The position numbers and the translations under genes are program-made. From an uncultured bacterium (GTDB lineage Bacteria > Krumholzibacteriota > Krumholzibacteriia > Krumholzibacteriales > Krumholzibacteriaceae), in contig CAWBAN010000001.1 of assembly GCA_963786935.1 (NCBI GenBank), positions 1 to 64,000 of the forward strand: a stretch of 64,000 nt of DNA, written 5' to 3'. Below are positions 59,161 through 64,000 of this stretch, in pieces. Each line of letters starts with the position of its first letter. Position 1 is the first letter of the stretch. The notes beneath the pieces were generated by a model. It did not search any database, was not told where the DNA came from, and saw only the letters and a list, made by a program, of their open reading frames with translations.

Positions 59161-59731
59161 TCAGTCTCTGGCCGTGTCCGAGTCTTCGGATCCTCCATAT
59201 TCGCTGAAGTGCTTCAGTTCGGCCTTCAGGGCGCCATCTTCCACATAGCCGCCGATGCTTTCCCAGAGGCCTGTTCCATCGTTGAGCCAGAGCACATCCC
59301 AAGCGCCGGATTCTTCTGCGGCCTTACCCAGATCCAGTCGCCAGGATGACTTCCGCGTGGAACTGGATCCCATGCGGGCTCAGCCGGACGATCGCTTTGG
59401 GGAACTCGGGCATCTCGATGCTGATCTCGGTGTCTTCCTTGAGAGCGCCGGGGGCGAAGTACACCGAGTAATAACCGTTGCTCACGACACCGCCGTCCTT
59501 GGCCGAGATCATCGCCGAGGCGACGGAGCTTCTCATAATGGCATTATCAATCCCCTTAGAGGCAGGTAGCAGCGTAGCGAAAGCAGGGTCTTCTACGCCG
59601 GGCATGGAAGGGGGGAGTGAGGGGGCGACAGGAGAGTTGGTCCCACACCCAAGAGCAGCCAGTACAGTGAGGAGGGTGATTGCCATCAGCAGGTTTCTGA
59701 GGGCTTTCTTTTCTCTACACACGCTACCCAC
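59161..59731 (-). CDS. Lipoprotein with ZU5-like domain; +1 frameshift near 59341
   Basis: LGC lipobox; GGVV, FAPGAL, PHGIQF, AELKHFSEY; AGGAGG RBS. Confidence 0.7.
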
Positions 59732-60065
59732 CTCCTAAGGGGGTTGAAAAACTTCTTGTTCGCTGGTAGGGGATAAGGCAATGCGGAGGCCACCGGTCGC
59801 GGGAGGGGGCTTGGGGGCCGTTCGAAGGCCCCGTGCGAGGCCTCCAAAACGCCCGTTCGACGCCCCGGCCGCACGTGCAACCAATTAATCCATAAGGAAA
59901 TACGAGACGCCGTGGAATGCCCGTTCTCTCCGCTCCGCCGCCTCAGATTTTGAAAAATCGACTGGCACCGGGGCGTTTGCGCGGATCCCGGCTGCGGATT
60001 TTTTTCTTATCTACGGGGGGGATTTCAGGGGGCTGCCCGGGTCTGCCGGGCCATTTGCAGAAGGA

Positions 60066-61523
60066 TCAATCGTTTACGAGGACTGGCTCAAATGATCCAT
60101 TTCGGAGTTTTTTCTTCGACGCCTCGGCCGCGATTCCGTGCTTTTTCATCTTGTACCTCAAGGTTCCTCGTCCGACCTTGAGAAGCCCCGCGGCCCGGGT
60201 CACGTTGCCGTCGGCGCGGGCCAGCGCGGCCACGATGATCGCCTTCTCGACCGCATCGAGCGGCACCCCGTTCGGCGGCAGATCGATGACGATCGTTTCT
60301 TCCTGTTCCTTGAGAGGGAGCGTGATTTCCCGTTGTTCCTTCGAGAACGGGAAATCGGCCGGCTCGATGGTGCCGGTCGCATTGAGGAGCACCGCGCGCT
60401 CGATGACGTTGATGAGCTCGCGGATGTTGCCCGGCCACGAATAGCGTTCGAGGGCCTCGACGGCGTTCTCGCTCAGCGAGACGCTCCCCTTATTGATGCG
60501 CGCCGAAAACCGCTGCGTGGACGCGACCGCGATCGGCCTGATGTCGGCGACGCGCTCCCGGAGCGGCGGGATGTTGATCTCGACCACGTTCAGCCGGTAG
60601 AAGAGATCCTCCCTGAAACGCCTCGTGGCGACGGCCTCCTTCAGGTTCCGGTTCGTCGCGGAGATGACCTTGACGTCCACCGGGAGAAACCGCGTGCCTC
60701 CCACGCGCCAGATCGTCCGCGAGTCGAGGAACTTGAGGAGCTTGGCCTGCAGCGCGTAATCGATCTCGCCCACCTCGTCGAGGAATATGGTGCCGCCGTT
60801 CGCGCATTCGAAGAGTCCGATCTTCTCCTCCTTCGCGTCGGTGAACGCGCCCGGCTCGTGGCCGAAGAACTCGCTCTCGAGCAGGTTGCGCGGGATCGCG
60901 GCGCAGTTGACGTCGATGAACGGACCCTCGCGCCGCGGGCTCGCGAGGTGCATCGCCTTGGCCAGCGCGCCCTTGCCCGTGCCGCATTCGCCGGTGATCA
61001 TGATCGAGGTCGTGTCGCTCGCCGCCACCTTGCGCGCGAGCTCGATCACCGCGCTCATCCGCTCGCTCTCGCCGACGATCTCCTCGAAGCCCTCGCGTGC
61101 CGCGGCGCGCTTCTCGAGCATGCGCGTGCGCGTGCGCCGCACGACGCCCTGCGCGGCGGCCGCGAGGATCTGCGAGACGTCTTCATCGCGGTACGGTTTG
61201 TGGAGAATGTGGCGCGCGCCGACGATGAGGGCGGCCCGGTCCGCCGCCTGAAGCCCTTCCGGCGCGAGCAGCACGATCTGCGTCTGCGGGGCGTTGTCCC
61301 GCCAGGCGCGGAGCGACGCGAACGTCGATTCGATATCCTCCGCGGATGCTCCCTCGTCGATCGAGAGGAGGAGCATCTGCGATTGCCGCGTGTGCCTCGC
61401 CGCGATGAAGTCGCCGACGGACGAGAAATGCTTCGCCCGCCACCCGCTCTCCTCGCAGAGACGCGCGAGGCTCTCGCGGACGCCGTCCGCGGATTCGATA
61501 ATGCTCGCGATCAATTGAGGCAT
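60066..61523 (-). CDS. sigma-54 bEBP with degenerate receiver domain
   Basis: REC-like N-terminus (GA...L.KPY), GECGTGK, GAFTDA, WPGNIREL, HTH. Confidence 0.9.
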   Translation of the reverse strand: MPQLIASIIESADGVRESLARLCEESGWRAKHFSSVGDFIAARHTRQSQMLLLSIDEGASAEDIESTFASLRAWRDNAPQTQIVLLAPEGLQAADRAALIVGARHILHKPYRDEDVSQILAAAAQGVVRRTRTRMLEKRAAAREGFEEIVGESERMSAVIELARKVAASDTTSIMITGECGTGKGALAKAMHLASPRREGPFIDVNCAAIPRNLLESEFFGHEPGAFTDAKEEKIGLFECANGGTIFLDEVGEIDYALQAKLLKFLDSRTIWRVGGTRFLPVDVKVISATNRNLKEAVATRRFREDLFYRLNVVEINIPPLRERVADIRPIAVASTQRFSARINKGSVSLSENAVEALERYSWPGNIRELINVIERAVLLNATGTIEPADFPFSKEQREITLPLKEQEETIVIDLPPNGVPLDAVEKAIIVAALARADGNVTRAAGLLKVGRGTLRYKMKKHGIAAEASKKKLRNGSFEPVLVND

Positions 61524-61589
61524 CTCTCGCAGCTCCGCCTTCAACCCGATTGGAAAATCCCGATAGTTAGGGTTATCCGCTGGAAATCC

Positions 61590-61605
61590 AGCAAATTGCA
61601 TGCCT
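61590..61605 (-). promoter_or_regulatory. sigma-54-like promoter
   Basis: AGGCATGCAATTTGCT on minus strand, GG-N10-GC. Confidence 0.5.
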
Positions 61606-61702
61606 CGCCCGCAAATATTTGAATGAATCGGAGCGATCTGGTATGTTATGAATAACATTCGGTTTCGGCTCGATCGGCCCTATCGAAGAGGTAGCCTGCC
61701 CT

Positions 61703-63664
61703 ATGAAAAACAGCAAGTCTTGCGCTTCGATCGCTCTCATCGCGTTGCTCGCGGCCCTCGCCGGATGCAGCGGCGATCCGCAAACCATCGTGCTCGAGAA
61801 TCCCGCGATCTCCTCGATCAATCCCGGCGCGGGAGGATACGGCGACACGATCGTCGTGAGCGGCTCGGGCTTCGGCCCGAATCCCTCGGCGAACGCGATC
61901 GTAATTTCGCCCGGCAGATTCACCGTGCCCGCCGCGCGCCGCGTCATCGTGCCCTTCGGCGGCTCGGCGACCGAGCTCCGGGGGATCGTGCCCGACGGAG
62001 CGTTCACGGGAAGCGCGCGCGTCGAGCGCGCGAATCAGGTGGGCAAGGTGTTCTCGTTCGCCCTCGATCCGCCCGCATCCGCCTCGTCCGCCATGCCGTT
62101 CGGCGTGACGCTCGACGCGGGGGACGTGGGCAAGTCGTTCTTCTCGGGGTCCGACTTCGATTTCTCGATCACGGCCGGAGCCGCGAGCGAGGATTACCTC
62201 GTCGTCGTTTTCAGCGACGCGTTTCCGCCCCAGGCGGATTGGAGCTATCTCTACAGCCTGACGACGAGCGTCTCGACGAGAGTCGCCGCCGGCGGGCCCG
62301 GCGCCGGAACGACGGCCGCTTCGGCGCGGGGGCCGCGCGCCGTGTCCCGCGCGGACGCGGCGGCGCAGCAGGGCGCGGGCATCCCGCGTGACCTCGCCGC
62401 GGGAGCGTCGGGATCGAGACGCAGGGATTTCGAGCGGCGCGTCGACGCGGAGATCCGGGGGCTTCTCCGGACGGGCGCGGGCTCGTCCCGGCGCGGCGAG
62501 CCGGTCCGTTCGCCGGCCCTGAGCACGGCCGCCCCGCAGGCGACCTTCAAGGTGCTCGTCGATCCCTACGGGAGCATTCTCGATCCGGACAACTTCACGA
62601 CGGTCACGGCGAACCTCAAGTTCGACGGCACGCATACGCTCCTCTACGTGGACGCCGAGACGCCGCAGTCGTGCCTCTCCGACGCCGATGCCGCCCTTCT
62701 CGGCGCCGCGTACGACGTGAACATCTACCCGACGGACCGGAGCGCCTTCGGGAGCGAATCGGACATCAACGGCGACGGGAAGGTCACGATCCTTCTGACG
62801 CCCGTCGTGAATCGGATGACGCCCGAGGGGGAGGCGACGGGGCCGCAGGGATTCATCGCGGGATTCTTCCTCGCGACCGATCTGCTTCCCGGGCTCGTCG
62901 ACAGCCGCGTGACGAACGCGCGGGAGATCTTCTACGCGATGGTGCCCGACCCGAGCACGCCGCCTCTATTCGGGAACACATTCCCGAAGGACGGGACGAT
63001 CGACGTGATCCGGGGCGTGCTCGCGCACGAGTTCCTTCACATGATTCTTTATAACTACCGGGCGCTCATCTACGGCGAGGGCGTCTACGCCGACTACCTC
63101 GAAGAGCTCTGGATCAACGAGGGGCTCGCGCACATCGCCGAGGATCTCAACGGGTTCGACGGGAGCAACATCAGGCGCGCGAATCTCTTCCTCGCGAATC
63201 CCGGAGCCGTCACGCTGATCTACGGCGGCGATCTGCTCGAGGAGCGGGGCGCCGAGTTCCTCTTCCTCCGCCATCTCGGCGACCGCTACGGCGAGAGCGT
63301 CTACAAGAATCTCGTTCAATCGAGGAAGTCGGGGACGGCGAACGTCGAGGCTGCGACCGGCGCGTATTTCAACGAGCTCTTCGCCGACTGGGCGGCCGCG
63401 ACCTATCTCGACGACCGGGGCATCACGAGCGATCCCCGGTTCAATTACTCTTCGCTCAATCTGCAGGATACGTCCGGCGACCCGCATTACGTGCCGGTCC
63501 TGACGATTCCGGGAAGCACGTCGGGCACGGTGACGAGATTCGTCAAGGCGATGGCCCCCGAGTACGTCAGGTACACGATTCCTGCCGGGACGACGGTCGA
63601 CTTCACGATCACTGCCCAGGCCTCGACGGGGAGAATGAATGCGGTCGTCATCCGTACGCGATAG
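61703..63664 (+). CDS. Lipoprotein with IPT/TIG domain and M30-like zinc metallopeptidase
   Basis: LAGC lipobox; FGSESDINGDGK, AHEFLHMI, WINEGLAH.AE. Confidence 0.85.
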   Translation: MKNSKSCASIALIALLAALAGCSGDPQTIVLENPAISSINPGAGGYGDTIVVSGSGFGPNPSANAIVISPGRFTVPAARRVIVPFGGSATELRGIVPDGAFTGSARVERANQVGKVFSFALDPPASASSAMPFGVTLDAGDVGKSFFSGSDFDFSITAGAASEDYLVVVFSDAFPPQADWSYLYSLTTSVSTRVAAGGPGAGTTAASARGPRAVSRADAAAQQGAGIPRDLAAGASGSRRRDFERRVDAEIRGLLRTGAGSSRRGEPVRSPALSTAAPQATFKVLVDPYGSILDPDNFTTVTANLKFDGTHTLLYVDAETPQSCLSDADAALLGAAYDVNIYPTDRSAFGSESDINGDGKVTILLTPVVNRMTPEGEATGPQGFIAGFFLATDLLPGLVDSRVTNAREIFYAMVPDPSTPPLFGNTFPKDGTIDVIRGVLAHEFLHMILYNYRALIYGEGVYADYLEELWINEGLAHIAEDLNGFDGSNIRRANLFLANPGAVTLIYGGDLLEERGAEFLFLRHLGDRYGESVYKNLVQSRKSGTANVEAATGAYFNELFADWAAATYLDDRGITSDPRFNYSSLNLQDTSGDPHYVPVLTIPGSTSGTVTRFVKAMAPEYVRYTIPAGTTVDFTITAQASTGRMNAVVIRTR

Positions 63665-63723
63665 GCGCGCCGGGGCCGCCGGCGCGGCATTCGCTCGGGC
63701 CGCGGCGCGCCGCCGCGCTGCTC

Positions 63724-64000
63724 ATGTTCGTCCTCTGCGCGCCGTCGCCGCCGAAGCCCGAGCCCGCGCCCCCGGATCTTTCCGTCACGCTCGAGGGCGA
63801 CGTGGCGCTCGCCGGCGAGAGCGCTCTCGATCAAACGCTCGTCCTCTCGGACGTGGGAGGGAGCGTCTGCATTCTCTCGAGTCCCCGCTACGAGCTCGAG
63901 CTCAGGAGCCTCGCGGGGCAGCGCGTGCGCGTGACGGGTCGGATCACGGGAAAGGCGGAAGGCGTTCCGGAGTTCCTCGTCGACAGCTACGAGATGGCGC
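63724..64000 (+). CDS. Hypothetical protein, runs off window end; start uncertain
   Basis: Open frame with typical codon usage (LRSLAGQRVRVTG). Confidence 0.5.
   Translation, partial: MFVLCAPSPPKPEPAPPDLSVTLEGDVALAGESALDQTLVLSDVGGSVCILSSPRYELELRSLAGQRVRVTGRITGKAEGVPEFLVDSYEMA

Noticed and set aside
59963..59980. TGGCAC...TTGC sigma-54 motif
   Set aside because: GG-GC spacing is 12 rather than 10, and it points into a convergent gene end

Overview
High-GC bacterial chromosomal window. Two secreted proteins carry PNPFNP/FlgD-Ig C-terminal domains and there are several outer-membrane beta-barrels, suggesting a diderm FCB-related lineage such as Krumholzibacteriota or Latescibacterota (inference). 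I found no rRNA, tRNA, CRISPR array, integrase or transposase. 0.5-9.7 kb is an accessory patchwork: AbrB-PIN, RES-Xre, orphan AbiEi, Fic, gene remnants, a palindrome cluster and a Cyc2-like cytochrome-porin. It is followed by a tungsten-type aldehyde:ferredoxin oxidoreductase operon, a second accessory block (RHH-MazF, RhuM), an HD-GYP gene, purM-PAS-tspO-ybgA-photolyase, two STAS genes, AcuA/AcuC-like genes, four sigma-54 enhancer-binding proteins (bEBPs), a sugar-salvage locus, a radical SAM/SPASM gene coupled to a leader-bearing lipoprotein, and a low-GC kinase-ATPase-TPR gene. The best candidate for an undescribed system is at 40-44.2 kb: a small secreted-peptide ORF coupled to a TPR-bEBP, flanked by a sigma-54 promoter with two enhancer-like palindromes upstream of a structured RNA-like element, and by a second small hairpin RNA candidate. 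Several genes carry short frameshifting indels that may be assembly errors. All family calls come from motif recognition by eye, not database searches.
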